A program made the position numbers and the translations under genes. Below the pieces are notes generated by a model. That model was not told where the DNA came from. It was given only the letters and a program-made list of their open reading frames with translations, and ran no database searches. From the NCBI GenBank assembly GCA_004022145.1, contig RCNU01000001.1: DNA of 64,000 nt; one strand, given 5' to 3'. This stretch comes from Paecilomyces variotii (lineage: Eukaryota). Position 1 is the stretch's first letter, and every line of letters begins with the position of its first letter. Below, one piece after another: positions 21,075-34,386 of the stretch.

Positions 21075-24000
21075 GCAACAAGCTGACGACACGAAAACGA
21101 AATATACAGTATATAAAAGAAGAAGAAAAAAGAAAGAGAAAAGAAGAAGAAGCAAAAAATGCACGGCAGAAAGTGCGTTTATACGGGCCTCAAAGGTGAG
21201 CTTGGGAAAAGCACATAACCATTAAAGCCACGTGCATATATACCGCAACAGACTTTTCGTTTGGTCAACATCGGCTGAAGCCTTTCAGCACTGGGTCTCT
21301 ATACTCGAAGACCTATAAAATGATGATTGCAAGACGGAGAGAGAGGATTAGAAGCTGGTGACTGGAAAGAATGAACCGGGAAAGAGTCGAAGTCAGAGAA
21401 TGTGTACGACAGGTTTTCAGATCGACAACGCGCTGACTTGTCCACAGAGTCTATGACTGGGTTTCTCGTCACCCATCTTCTCGTCAGATATTCCATTTTG
21501 GAGCCTAGCAGTCAGAATGGGACTAATGCCTCTTCTGTTAGCCATATTGTGGTAGCGTCCAATGCTGGAAACCTAATTTAGCGGATGTCTCCGAAGATGA
21601 TGTTCTGACTAGTTCGCAGGAAATAAGTTAGCTCAATGAGCACAAGTCTGATATATCATTGACATACAAATCTGGAAGCAGACAGTCCGAACCGAGATCT
21701 ATGAAACAGTCCTCCCCGGTACGGATCTATGGTCGTTGAACGTAACTCGGATGATCTGCGTGCCAAGACGTTCTAAAGGAAGCTAAGCTTGGACACGAGC
21801 GGGTATGAACCTTGCGCTAGAGATCGGTCCGATCACCGCAAATGCAGCGGACAAGAGGTTGATATGATCTTGATGTCTTCGTCGACTTGCGGTATTCGCA
21901 GAAAGTAAGAGAGGAGTTTCGGCAGAAGGATGTAGGGAGGCAGAGATGATCCGGATGATCGCGAAATTCCGACAGAAGTCCGAGCAGTCTCCCGTCGATG
22001 AAAACGTCTTATGATTCCCCGGCCAAGACGATGTTGGCCAAGTTGTCAAAGGAATGATGTCTATCAAAGGTTCATGGATGAAGATGATGAGTTTAGGACG
22101 AAGGAAAGGTTCCAGATATGAGCGTGATGGAGTGGTCTTCGCTCAAGACAAGAACTTGATCTCGACAAACGATAAGCGAGGAGATATGGAACACAGCAGA
22201 CGTCAGATATTTAAGAGCCCTTGTCTCGCTTTGAACCAGCTGCCACGTCTGTGTCTTCAGACCGCTGAAGCTGGCGCCTGTCCACAGGGATCAAGAAACG
22301 ATAATCTCAAACGCTGAATCCGGAGTTGTACGAGATGTTATGGGGTATTGTGACGAGGCTCCAAGTCCGGATAGAGTATCAGAGATGGTCCTCTATCCGA
22401 AGTAGTTGAGTGACATGAGCAGAGAGGAGGAAAGGATCAAGAGCTGGAGGAAGAAGAAATAAAATCAAGACCGGAAGTGAGGTGAACCTCTCTTCTTGAT
22501 CACAATCGCAGCTCTTTGTTCACTGGTGGTCTCGGCGGCGGCAAATATGATGCAATTGGCTGCATATACCATTCAATTTCACGGAGACCCGCATGAAGTA
22601 GAGTGCGGAATCTCACGGATGTTGCACAGCAGGTGGCTAGTGAGTTGTTTCAGGAAATGCGGCTCTGAAATGCGTGTACACATGTACAGTGTGCTATAGA
22701 AGCTATAAAACAAAGGATAGACTTGTTGAATAGCTATCAAGCGCAGTCCCACAGAAGAAGGTTATAATACAAACTCTTTGGGGAGGATAGAGTCTCTATA
22801 TTTCTCTAGTAAAGGTAGCTGATAGTGGAACTACTAACCCAGAGCTGTCAGTACTGAGGTACAGACCCAGAGAGAAAACCTCAATTGTTCAGGACACTTA
22901 CACTATCGCCGAGAGACCCTGGGTGACTAGTATATCAAGGAGGAATGTCCTGTTCTTAAACCCGGGGTTCTCCGCGAAGAATTCTCTGTTGATAAAAGCT
23001 CCGTTATCTGGAAGATGCAGGATTCATAAGGGAGTCAGCTTCGTGTTGAAAGCTTTTTAACTGGATGTATTGAGATGTCGGTATCCTAATGCAGGGATTT
23101 ATTCCTTCTACGAAGACCCGTCTGCCCAAAATAAACAGTAAGTATCTTACTAATTTCCCATGAGTTCACAGCTAGACTAAGATATACTGATTATGGAGTC
23201 CATCCGTGAGTCAAAAGGAACCGGGAATATGTTGGCAGAAACCGATTTTCCAGATGATAGATTCTGTATCGTATTAGAAAAGGAGCTAGCGTTCAGTATA
23301 ATACATGATGATGGCTAGGACGATAAGAAAAATAGCGCTATCAGTATTGCCCTACAACTATACGTATATGCATCCCGGATCGAGGCTACAATGCACCTAG
23401 ATTCTAATTAAAACAATACCATAATGTTACTATAAAGACCAGCTCGGCAAAACATGTAAATCCCGTATTATCTCAAATGGGTAGATATGAAGATAATCTT
23501 CCAACCGTATGTGGTGATCTATTTTTAAATCCTAGTACCCATCCGAGTGACATTAAAAAGTTTGCGAGTATATCAATATATGTTTCTCTCTAGAATAATG
23601 AATTAGTGTATGAGAATAACCGGCGGAACCGCCATGCTTATCTAATCGATGCGGGGAGCCGTCAGGGAGAAAACGCGGGGAAAATCCGGGGATTCGAACG
23701 CGATCTCCGTCCAGGGATGGTAGATGCGCCAGATCACGCCGCAGGATCAAGGCCGGGATCGCAGGGATATACTGAACTTTTAACCTGGAAAAGTAATATG
23801 TTTCTCAGCGGGTTATTCGCTTACGATATATGCCGTAAGCAGCTGCAGAGGGGATAACTACTTCGATCCATAAGAGGTCCGTGAGGCGACAAGATTACCG
23901 AGAGCCGAGAGAGGCGTTAGTTATGCTTAGTACAGGCAACATGCCAATTCGTTGTTTCTGGTGAATAAATGCAAAGTTAGCCCAGTAGCGATATGCGAAG

Positions 24001-24197
24001 AATCTTCCAGTCATCGTGCATGTAAAGAAAAGACAGGCCCCGTTATTGATATTATTGTGGAACAAGCTCCGTGATATAGTTACCCCGGCGAGTTTACCGA
24101 TACCCGGTAGATCAGAACCATCCCTTATGTCACCCGCCAATCGCACGGACAGAATGTGGTGAACGGCATCTTCCCCGCTTCAACATGGAGAAATTGA

Positions 24198-24203
24198 CCT
24201 CGG
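24198..24203 (+). promoter_or_regulatory. Possible FarA/FarB site (CCTCGG)
   Basis: CCTCGG lies about 195 bp upstream of an acyl-CoA ligase with a PTS1-like end. A single 6-mer can occur by chance. Confidence 0.35.
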
Positions 24204-24396
24204 TCTTTTCTCCAGGCCCCTGCCTCCTGTTTTCTCTGCTATCTCTTGTTCATGTCTTTCCCCTGGTTGTAGGTAGCTACAGTTTCTGTCATAGATTTTG
24301 TATTGCAATTGCCCTGCGATTGCGATCGTGGCAAGTCTTAGTCGTATCTGTTGCACTTCCCAACGCAGATTTAGTTCCAGCTAGGAAAGCCCGAAG

Positions 24397-26443
24397 ATGG
24401 TCTTCTACCCGCCGTCGTGGACGAAAAATGTCCCTCACATCCCCGATGATGTCCCTATTTGCGATTTCATGCTTCAAGATCTCCACGGCCGCCATCCACT
24501 AGGTTATTCGCGGGACCCTTTCACTTGCGGTTTAACAAAGAAGTCTTACTCCGCACTCGATGTTGTCGACAGGGTCGATTACCTATCCAGATCCCTGGCG
24601 AAGGAGTTTGGCTGGCAGCCTAATCAAGGCACTGAGTGGGACAAGGTTGTTGCAGTATTCAGTGTCAACACAGTAAGTGGCCAATCGAGGTGGTGGAAGC
24701 TTCCTCCCAAAAGTCGGTGCTAACAATTTGTTACTGCAGATTGATACTGTCCCATTGGCATGGGCAGTCCATCGATTGAATGGCCTCGTCACCCCGGCAA
24801 ATGCAGCATATTCCGCCGAAGAGCTCACGCACCAACTGAGAGATTCGGGGGCTAAAGCTCTTTTCACATGTCTTCCGCTGCTGTCAACCGCGCTCCAGGC
24901 TGCAGCTAAGGCTGGCCTTCCAAAGGAGCGTATTTACTTGTTGGAAGTACCTGAAATCATTCTAGGTGGCGCAAAGCCACCGGCTGAATATAAGACAGTT
25001 TCCTACTTTGTCGAAGAAGGGAAGTCTCTCCGAGCACTGGAGAGAACGAAATGGAGTAGTGGGCAGGGTGCTCGACAGGTGGCATTCCTCTGTTATTCGA
25101 GTGGGACATCTGGTTTGCCGGTAAGTGCGGAATGTGCAGTCAGTATTATTATATGCCAGAGCTAATAGCGAGCAGAAAGGAGTTATGATTTCTCACCGTA
25201 ATGTGATCTCAAACGTGCTTCAAATCGCGACGTACGAGAGCGACTGGCGTGAAAGGTTGATCGAACCGGGAAATCAATCTGCGTATACAGATATTGTGCT
25301 CAACCTGTTGCCTCAGAGCCACATCTATGGTCTAGTTGTCATCTGCCATGCGGCTCCTTTCCGTGGAGATCAGACTATCGTACTGCCAAGGTTCGATATG
25401 AAGCAGTTCTTATCTGCTATTCAGGATTTCCGTATCTCCAGCCTGTTTCTGGTACGCCTCTGCCCGTAGAAGAAGCAGCTGAAACCGTGCTAACCATGCC
25501 CCTGCCAGGTTCCACCAATCATTATAAATATGCTTCGTAATAAAGAACTCTGTAGTAAATACGATCTGAGCAATGTGAAGGGTATCTTTACTGGGGCCGC
25601 ACCATTGGGTGCGGAGACAGCTGCAGACTTACAAAAGCAATACCCGAAGTGGCTGATCAGACAGGGTTACGGTTAGTTTACTCTCGGAACCCTCCATCAG
25701 ACACAGACCTTACGTGCTGACTTCACCAGGCCTGACAGAAACATGCACAGTCGTATGCTCTACTCATCCTGACCACATCTTTCTTGGTTCTTCCGGCTGC
25801 CTACTTCCGGGTGTCGAGGCCCGTATAGTGTCAGCAGATGGAAAGGAGGTCACGGAATATGATACACCTGGGGAATTGTTGATTCGCTCACCAAGTGTGG
25901 TGCTGGGTTATCTCAACAACGAAAAGGCCACGAAAGAAACGTTCCAGAACGGATGGATGCACACAGGCGATGAGGCGGTTATCCGACCTAGTCCCAGTAA
26001 AGAGGAACACGTATTCATCGTTGACCGCATCAAAGAACTGATCAAAGTCAAGGTATGTATTCGCTTCATAGACTATGGCCCATCATCGGATCAGTGGCTA
26101 ATTACCTTCCCAGGGACTGCAAGTCGCGCCGGCGGAGCTGGAAGCTCACCTTCTCCTGCATCCCGCGGTGTCAGACTGCACAGTGATTGCCGTTCCCGAT
26201 GATGCAGCTGGTGAGGTCCCCAAGGCATTTATAGTGAAGTCGTCCTCAGCAGGTAGTGATGATGCAACGACTGCTGCGTCCATCGCCAAGCACGTCCAGG
26301 ATCAGAAGGCGCGTCACAAATGGCTGAAGGGTGGAGTTGAGTTCATCGATGCTATCCCAAAGAGCCCCAGCGGCAAGATTCTTCGCCGTATGCTTCGTGA
26401 CAGAGAGAGGGAATTACGGCGCAAAGCGGGTGTTAAGCTATAG
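24397..26443 (+). CDS. pclA: Phenylacetyl-CoA ligase / 4CL-like adenylate-forming enzyme
   Basis: The N-terminus (MVFYPP..IPDDVPICDFML..SRDPFTCGLTKKSYS..EFGWQPNQGTEWDK) resembles Penicillium PclA/Phl. Motifs are YSSGTSGLPKG, QGYGLTET, GWMHTGD, IVDRIKELIKVKG and IPKSPSGKILRR. Five introns. Ends -VKL. Confidence 0.88.
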
Positions 26444-26970
26444 ATTCACATCCTGGTTTGATTTTTATATATCTAGAGCTTCTTGTTATCTGTCTCTGTT
26501 AATATATATACGCGCACTTTTCGGCAGTCTGTACACTCTGAACATATCGATTATTGTAGATTATTAGTTGCAAAGACCAAATAAGCTCTATTATTATGAG
26601 GAGAAGAGCGTTAAGCAACAGAATCACTTATCAGAAACCGGAGATAAGATGCATTTCCCGGTGTTTGCAGAGTTTGCTTCCAAAAGCGGAAGAAAAAAGA
26701 AAAGCGGGCAACTTGAATTTCTAAGCTCGACGGAAGTAACTATTGATTATCAACACGCAGCGCAGAGTCTGCGATCTCCAATATCTGCTTTCCAGTTAAC
26801 ATATCGCTGTCGAAAATTTCCTGCAGAACGCAATCCGCTCAAAGGCAATCTTCGATCGAGTCAAAAAGGGCTAGTGAAGTCCCGTTCTACCCCTCATTGC
26901 CCCTCCAGCAGTGCGCTGTGCGCGACTGAAATACTCTTTCGAAATTACGACAAGAAGAAGAAATTGAACA

Positions 26971-28545
26971 ATGTCTTCCTCGCAGGATCCTCATCATGAG
27001 GAAGATGTGTACCTCGATGCCGACGAAGCTGCGGAAGAAATCGTCGCCGATGAGGATCATCCTATGGACTCGGATGACGACGACCAGGATGTAGTCTTCG
27101 AGGACCAGGAAATCACACTGCAGAACGACTCTCTCGCGCATTTCGACAAGCATAACGACTCCATTTTCTGTATCGCCAACCACCCTGTTCACCCTTCGAT
27201 CGTCATCACCGGTTCTGGAGATGATACCGGTTACGTCTTCGATGCTACTCCCACGGACGAGAGGCCTCTCTTGCCACAAAGCTATGAATCGAACCCGCAG
27301 CCGAAAGGAGAGCGGAAGTCGCTAGAGCCGCTGGCGAAAATGGATGGACACACGGACTCCGTCAACGCTGTGGCATTTACAGAGCCAAAGGGTGAATATG
27401 TCGTGACTGGCGGACTTGATGGACGTCTGCGCGTCTGGCGCGACACGACGTCGCAGTTGACAGGACTCCAATGGGCGTTTGTCGCGGAGGCGCAGGAAGT
27501 TGAGGAGATCAACTGGATTGCTGTTTGCCCTTATCAGCAAGGAGAGGAGGAGACTCGCAACGTGATCGCCCTGGGTGCAAATGATGGTAGCGCTTGGGTG
27601 TTCCGTATTGACCACAACGACACCGCATCCCCCATTACGATCATCCAGAGTTTCTTCCAGCACACCGGTTCTTGTACTGCAGGTGCGTGGACCCCGGATG
27701 GCAAGCTGCTTGCAACTGTTTCGGAGGACGGAACCTTCTATGTCTACGATGTCTTTGGTGCGGCTGCGGCAGCAGGCATCTCTTCATCTGCTGGAACCAG
27801 TGCTGTTGTCGGTATGACCCCGGAAGACCAGCGTTTCGCTGTTGAGGGTGGCCTGTACTCTGTTGCCATCGCCCCGACTGGTGCCTTCGCCGCTGTCGGC
27901 GGTGCAGAGGGTCATATCAAGGTTGTCGGCCTGCCCCGCCTGCCTTCGTCCACATCTGCCGCCACATCAAACAAGCCTTCCTCGAAATCCAAGTCTAAGT
28001 CTTCTGCTGGAGGTTCCCAAGCAGCCGTCGGTGCCGGAGGTGCAGGCACTCTCCTTGCCTCTCTTCAGGCGCAGTCTGAGAGTATCGAGACTCTGTCGTT
28101 CTCTGCACCACCTCTTACACTCCTTGCGGCCGGGTCCGTGGACGGTTCAATTGCTCTCTTTGACACGGCACACCGGTTTGCCGTTCGTCGCCATATCAAA
28201 GAAGCCCACGAAGGTGCTGCTGTAGTAAAGGTGGAATTTGTTCGCGAGGCAGCATCTGGCCCCGCCTTAGTTCCCCGCCCGGGCCCTGCGGCGCTTACTG
28301 CTGGCCAAGGCCGATCATGGCTCCTCACGTCTGTCGGACTTGACGGTGTTGTTAGACGATGGGATACGCGGGGTGGCACAGCTGCGGCCGGCCAGGGACT
28401 TTTGAAGGAATGGAGAGGCCACACGGGTCTCCTGGAAGGCCCAGAAGGAGAGCAGTCTGGAGGAATCCTCGGTTTTGTGCATGTCGGCGGCAAGCGGATA
28501 GTGACCGCTGGAGATGACGGAGTCGCCTTGGTTTTCGAGGAATAG
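26971..28545 (+). CDS. SQT1: WD40 60S ribosome assembly factor Sqt1
   Basis: Acidic N-terminus, then LQNDSLAHFDKHNDSIFCI and WD repeats ending RIVTAGDDGVALVFE. Confidence 0.88.
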   Translation: MSSSQDPHHEEDVYLDADEAAEEIVADEDHPMDSDDDDQDVVFEDQEITLQNDSLAHFDKHNDSIFCIANHPVHPSIVITGSGDDTGYVFDATPTDERPLLPQSYESNPQPKGERKSLEPLAKMDGHTDSVNAVAFTEPKGEYVVTGGLDGRLRVWRDTTSQLTGLQWAFVAEAQEVEEINWIAVCPYQQGEEETRNVIALGANDGSAWVFRIDHNDTASPITIIQSFFQHTGSCTAGAWTPDGKLLATVSEDGTFYVYDVFGAAAAAGISSSAGTSAVVGMTPEDQRFAVEGGLYSVAIAPTGAFAAVGGAEGHIKVVGLPRLPSSTSAATSNKPSSKSKSKSSAGGSQAAVGAGGAGTLLASLQAQSESIETLSFSAPPLTLLAAGSVDGSIALFDTAHRFAVRRHIKEAHEGAAVVKVEFVREAASGPALVPRPGPAALTAGQGRSWLLTSVGLDGVVRRWDTRGGTAAAGQGLLKEWRGHTGLLEGPEGEQSGGILGFVHVGGKRIVTAGDDGVALVFEE

Positions 28546-29354
28546 AGATCTGCATCAGGGATCTCTGACTACTCGTGTTGATCTCGCTGTGATGGATATC
28601 CGATTGTATATACGTACCTGAGGGATGATTTGACCGAGGCCTTCGATGCAGGGGAGCCAGCGGATGCAGGATAAAAGTACCATATTAGGTTTCTACGAAT
28701 TTAATGACACTATAGAGGTTTATGCATGCATTCAAGATGTTGTGAAGTTGCCACTCATTCATTCTTTCCCATCGAACGAACATATTCGGTTCCGGTTCGG
28801 TTGCAGCCGTCTAAGACTCGTAGCCAAAAATTGGCGGCCAATAAATAGCTTAAATAGAGAAAGCAATATACTTCTGACTTCCAACTAGTATATGGCATCA
28901 ATGGACGATGTTGAGCCTTCACTTGAATTGCCCCTAATTTACCCAATGCTTGGCGGTTATTAATCCCAAAGAGCGGATTGGGGCGGGTCTTGAAGGCTTC
29001 CCCATAATTACAGAAGACAACAAGAGAAGGTGAAAATGCACCAAACAGCGTAATAGGAATATCGAGTAAAGTTGCAAACGTTGGTATTTACATACATTCC
29101 GAAACGAAAAAAAAAGTAGTAAAAACATTTCAGACCCCAAGCGCCATATATACAGCTGGACCTCGAAGCAGTCTGAAGACTTCGAGAGTCTGCCTGAATT
29201 TCAGCCGCGTCCATCTTGCGATGCAAAGACATGGTTGCCATAGAGGCAGATACGCATGCTGCGCGAACCCTTTGCTTTCCATCCATTCTCCTTCTTCCAG
29301 TCCCGTTCTTCCAGTTCCCGTTCGTCGTTCATTCCGTTCCGGCTCCGGTTGAAT

Positions 29355-29671
29355 CTAGTGGTGCTCCTCGCCGTGGTGGTGATGGTCATTCTTGAGGAAG
29401 AAGTGCTCATAGGTGCAGTATCCAGCAAAAGCGACGGTGGCCCAACCCAAACCGGGGAAAAGGCCCTTGAAGCGGTTCCATCGAGTGAAGGGACCGGTGT
29501 ATCGCCAAGTCTCGCTGGTGGTGGAATTAGCACAAGTGCGAAGACGATACGCTCTGGTATAATAAATGCTTACTGTCGAGCCCATGGGTCTTTCTTTGCC
29601 CAGATGGAGTTGGGAGAGGCAGCAGCCTTGAACTCCTTCATATCGAAGCCGGTGGGGTTGCGGTGGACCAT
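29355..29671 (-). CDS. NADH:ubiquinone oxidoreductase B12 (NDUFB3-like) subunit
   Basis: Intron 29515-29573 gives KDPWARHETWRYTGPFTRWNRFKGLFPGLGWATVAFAGYCTYE. Confidence 0.9.
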
Positions 29672-30167
29672 TGTGGGCGATATGTGCCGTGAAACGGCGG
29701 ATTGAAGGTCAATTGGAAGGGTGAAGGGTGTAGATGAACCGGCAAGGCTTTCGGAACCGCCTTGACAGGTCAAAGCAGCTTGTCTGGCAGGAGCAGCGGT
29801 CGTGGAATGCTGGAGGAATCGAAGAGTCGCTGCGCAGAATGAAGCTGTCGACGAGGTCCGACGATGCTTGGCGGTCCCGTGAGCAGGCTAATCCCGATCG
29901 GGGTGCTCTGTACCTGCGGCGCCCTCCAGGCCTGTCGTTCGCGACTCGCCTTTGCGATCTTGGACAATCGAACGCTCACCCGCTAAGTCAATGACTGAAG
30001 TATCAGACCAGCGCCCATCTAAACGACTACAAGAAACCAGCGCCAGTCCTTGCCTTGAATCTCGTCTCCGGGCGGTGAGAATATCATTCCGCCGACCGAG
30101 AAACCCATGTTCATAAACTGTCCGCTCAACCCCTCCGACGACCAGAGACCACTTCACAGATAGCAAA

Positions 30168-31725
30168 ATGCCACCTCCCGTGGGCAGATATGGCCCGTCT
30201 GCGCTAAGTCAGCCCTTCTCTCACCTTCAACAAGCACACCTCCAGCAACAACAGTCACAACAACACCACCCGAGCCATGCACAATCTGCAAGCGCCGGGC
30301 TGCCTCCCCCTTCTCTCGGGGGACACCCTGGCTTTGCACCGGGCAATCCAAACTCAAATGTGAATCCATTCACATTCTCCGGTGCAGGTCTCATGAACGG
30401 CATGTCAGTGGGCGGTTTTGGAGCGGCAGCAGCTGATGGTGGTGGAACGGGTTTGGCCAGCCATGCAGCACAAATGGGATTTGTCAGAGGCGCTCAGATC
30501 CAGCAGCAGCAGCAACTACATCAAGGACACGATGGGCGGTTAGCGATCGAGGGAAAGGCCGGATCTGTCAAGACAAGGATACGCGATGTCTGGAGGCACA
30601 ACCTAGCTCAAGAGTTGGCCGTTCTGCGGAGCTTGGTTGAGCGATATCCGTACATCAGCATGGTAAGATATCCTCCTCTACGGTCTACTAGGCTTTTGGA
30701 TCTTGCTTCTTACACCTTTCTAGGATACAGAATTCCCCGGTATCGTTGCTCGTCCCATAGGTTCATTTACCAACAAGGCAGACTACCATTACCAGACGCT
30801 TCGTTGCAACGTGGACCTCTTGAAAATGATCCAGCTTGGCATTACATTATTCAACGCAGATGGGGAGGTCCCGCCTCCAACAGCAGCTGATACAAACGGA
30901 GGTTATGCGAACGGTCTTGTCCCAGCTCCTTGTACATGGCAATTCAATTTCAAGTTCTCTTTGGAGAACGACATGTACGCGCAGGAATCGACGAGCATGT
31001 TGGCCAAAGCTGGCATCGACTTCGCCATGCACGAAAAGAATGGTATCGATCCCTTCGAGTTTGGTGCCCTCCTCGTTAGCTCCGGGTTGGTCTTACTGGA
31101 CGATGTCCACTGGATCTCGTTTCACTCTGGATACGACTTCGGTTATTTGATGAAGATCATGCTGTGCAAGCCTCTCCCAGATGACGAAGAAGAATTCCAC
31201 AAACTCCTCAACATCTTTTTCCCTTCATTATTCGACATCAAGTACCTCATGAAGCACGCTGGGAGGAATCAAGCCGTCAACGATTCTCCATTGACTCCAG
31301 CCGCTGCACAGATCCTTACCAACCTGGGACAGAAGTCGGGTCTGCAGGATATTGCTGATGAACTGGGCGTCAAGCGCGTCGGTATTGCTCACCAAGCCGG
31401 TTCAGATTCTCTCGTGACAGGAGAGATCTACTGGAAGATGCGTCAACTTGTCTTCAACGGAACGATCGACGAGAGCAAGTACTCTGGCCAGATTTGGGGA
31501 CTGAATGGGCAGATGCCTGCTCTGACTTACCACGGTGTCCAACAAACACCAAATTTGAACGGTGCCACAATTTACTCCAATGCTGGTACCCCTAACACCC
31601 CAAATACAGCCCATGCAGTAACTGGGAACCAGACACCACACCAACATGCAAATAGCGGCGTAGGTGCTCTGACTCCTGGAGGGGGTGGGGGTGTCTTCGG
31701 TACATTCCAGATGGGAAAGGTGTAA
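30168..31725 (+). CDS. CAF1: CCR4-NOT deadenylase subunit Caf1/Pop2
   Basis: Intron 30663-30723 gives YISMDTEFPG. Other DEDD motifs are FHSGYDFGY, FDIKY and HQAGSDS. Confidence 0.95.
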
Positions 31726-32606
31726 GACTTTGCCTGGAAGGAATATCAAAGCGGGTTGCAGTAAGGACATCTCGAGGTCACACTGTCCCCATTCGATATA
31801 TAACCATCGTCAATTTGAGATTGGTCTTTCGGTTTCAACTTGTCCTTGGTTCTCCTTTTCCTCATACTTTCTTTTATCATCTTACCATTCGGGGGGGAGG
31901 GAAAAAAAGAGAAAGGGGTACGGGTTCGGCGTATGTATGTACATAAACGACACTATTAGCGTCTGGTGACTTGCTTTCCGCCACGTTCTCCCTGTCATGT
32001 ATTTTCTCCTTGTCACTTGTCTGTCCATGGACTCCTCGGTAGCTTTGGAGGAGGGTGTTGCGGAGACGGGGGCACGGTGTTTGCTTTTTTTATCGTTTCT
32101 AGTTTCTAGTTTCCTCTTCTTGGCCGGAGTTTGTTTCCCCTACATGGTGTTAGGCAGCTTTTTCCACTTTTCACTCGTAACGCTCGTAACGTTGACGTCT
32201 TTTCTCTTCATATTTCGTCGTGTTTCTTCCTTTCCTAGAGTCTTACGTACAGTATGGCTTTGCAGGTCGTTCCTCCTTTCGTCGGCTGGTGTGGAGTTTT
32301 GTTTCCTAGAGCGTTACTCTTACCTAGGTATGTAGACTTTCCTGGTCCATTTTCCCCGCTATAGTTTTCCTCGTTCTATCGTGCTACGCCGTGACGATCG
32401 AGAACAGGAAATCAGAGATAGTATAAATGTACAGAACCAATTACATAGCCCTAGTAGTATATCTGAAGCGAGGCTCATTTTAGCAGCATGTGGTAAATGA
32501 TTTGTCTATATATGCAGCAGACCACGTGTATATCTAAGCTATGGAAGCAACGATTTCATTATCTCCTCGTTGGAAATTGAATATAGTATCTGCGTTAGCT
32601 TTCTCT

Positions 32607-34386
32607 TCAGGCAAATGATGCCCGCGAGAGCCATCTGCTGATCATATCTAATGCGATTTCTGGTTGATCCTGGGGAACCTACAGTATGCCGGAGGAGTAA
32701 TATCAGCTAGCCATTTCACATACTCATTACGCTCCTAATCCAAAAGAGTAGGAAGAACATAAATATCAGAGAAGAGAAAGCTAGCTACTCACCATATGTC
32801 CTGATCCATCGATCGTAACAAGTGCGAACCTCGTAGTGTTCGAATTTGAACCAGCAGCTCCGATCTTAATGTTAACTTCCTTGAACGTTCCGGCTTTCAC
32901 TTTCTTTCCTCCAACAACGCTCGTCCATGGAGTAAGGCTCTTTGATGCGAACGCCGCTTGACCTTTCCACGGCATGGCGTCCATCCATCGCTTCGAACTG
33001 GCCGTGTTACAGGCCAAGTCCAGATTGCCGGAGTAGATCAGGACGTCGATCTGGTTTTGTAGGAGGTACTGCACGGAAGAGACCGTAGCAAGCGTGATGT
33101 CACTTGTGGCTTTGAATCGGCCATACACGTCGTCAGAGTTGATGGTGTAGTTCTTAACAGCGGCGGGTACGCTGAGTGCAGACCACGGTGCTGGTGAGTT
33201 TAGGTAGTCGTTGATAAGGGCACTTTTGGTGTAGCAGAACACGGCACTCTCGCATGGTCGAGTTACTATGCGCTTCTTTAGCTTTCTAATCTGTAGTCAA
33301 ACATCGCTAATGGGGGGAAAAATCACGTACTATCAAAACGATTGCGACTTCCCGGCAGACCGTCAGCTTCACTATCATAATGGCCAATCACGCCGTCCCA
33401 GCAGACCGTACTAGCTGCCTCGCAGATCGCCGGGTCCGGGAACGTATTGCATGTCTTGATGACTTCCAGGCAGCGAGGGAGATTTTCCGCCATGATATCG
33501 CATCGTGTCTCATTAAACACAGGTTCTGAGACGCCCGGATTCGTCGTACATAACGTCTCCCAGTACCCGAATGCTCTATCTGCATCGCTGACAAGAGGGT
33601 TGCCGACAGCGATGGATTTCAAGTTCACATGTGGACGAGTGGGGTGAAGACTGTTCTGACGGACGATCTCAGCCCCCAGAGTGGGAACATAGTGACCCTA
33701 GAGAGAGGCATCTTTCGTGTCAGAAAATAGTATAGTTCCCATTAATGTGCAAGTGGCAAAGATAACGTGGGAAAGCCTACACCATAGCTCTCACCCGTTA
33801 AAGTGATTGGGCCATTGCGATGCACAGGAAACACCTGGCTCACGAACATCTGGAGGAAAATATACATATCGGCGGCACTGGCGTAGGAGTCTCCAGGCTG
33901 CTCTTCCAGAGAATCGCCATCATAGTACGAAAATCCCACTCCAACTGGCTGGTCAACAAACAATAACGCAGTTTCCTTGTTCCAAGAATATGGATTCATG
34001 ACGGTTCTATTCCCATATTCATTAATTAGACAAGGGCCAAGCTCTTGCAGTAACCCGAGTATACTCGAGGCTCCAGGACCACCATTCTGCCAAAGCATAA
34101 GAGGTTGTTCATCCTGTGCAGCAGTAGAATTCTTATTCTCGCTCTCGAAGTACCAGAAGAATAGATGTTTGTGTCCATTATCCAACCACCCCGTGTATTG
34201 GTTCACGGTGGTGTTGCAGAGCGTTGCATTTTGGCTCTTGATGCGGAGGGAATGGTGCGGGGAAAGATCGCTCCGATAGATCTGGAACGAGGAGTCGATC
34301 TGCGTATCCAGATCTGATCGTAGGATTGTCTGCTGGGACACTGCCAACGCAGCCCCCAGTGGGAGTAGGAGACTAGATGAGCGCAT
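32607..34386 (-). CDS. Secreted serine carboxypeptidase (S10)
   Basis: Signal-like N-terminus [15 protein letters not shown]. Motifs are [42 protein letters not shown] and GSGHM|VPQDQP. Three introns. Confidence 0.9.

Noticed and set aside
19700-21300. Telomerase RNA candidate
   Set aside because: No TTAGGG-complementary template (CTAACCCTAA-like) was seen.
21299-23500. Gene or transposon remnant in this gap
   Set aside because: Only short ORFs without motifs were seen, and I found no terminal repeats.
29355-29390. His-rich C-terminus as a novel metal-binding tag
   Set aside because: His-rich tails are common on fungal B12 subunits and are not distinctive.
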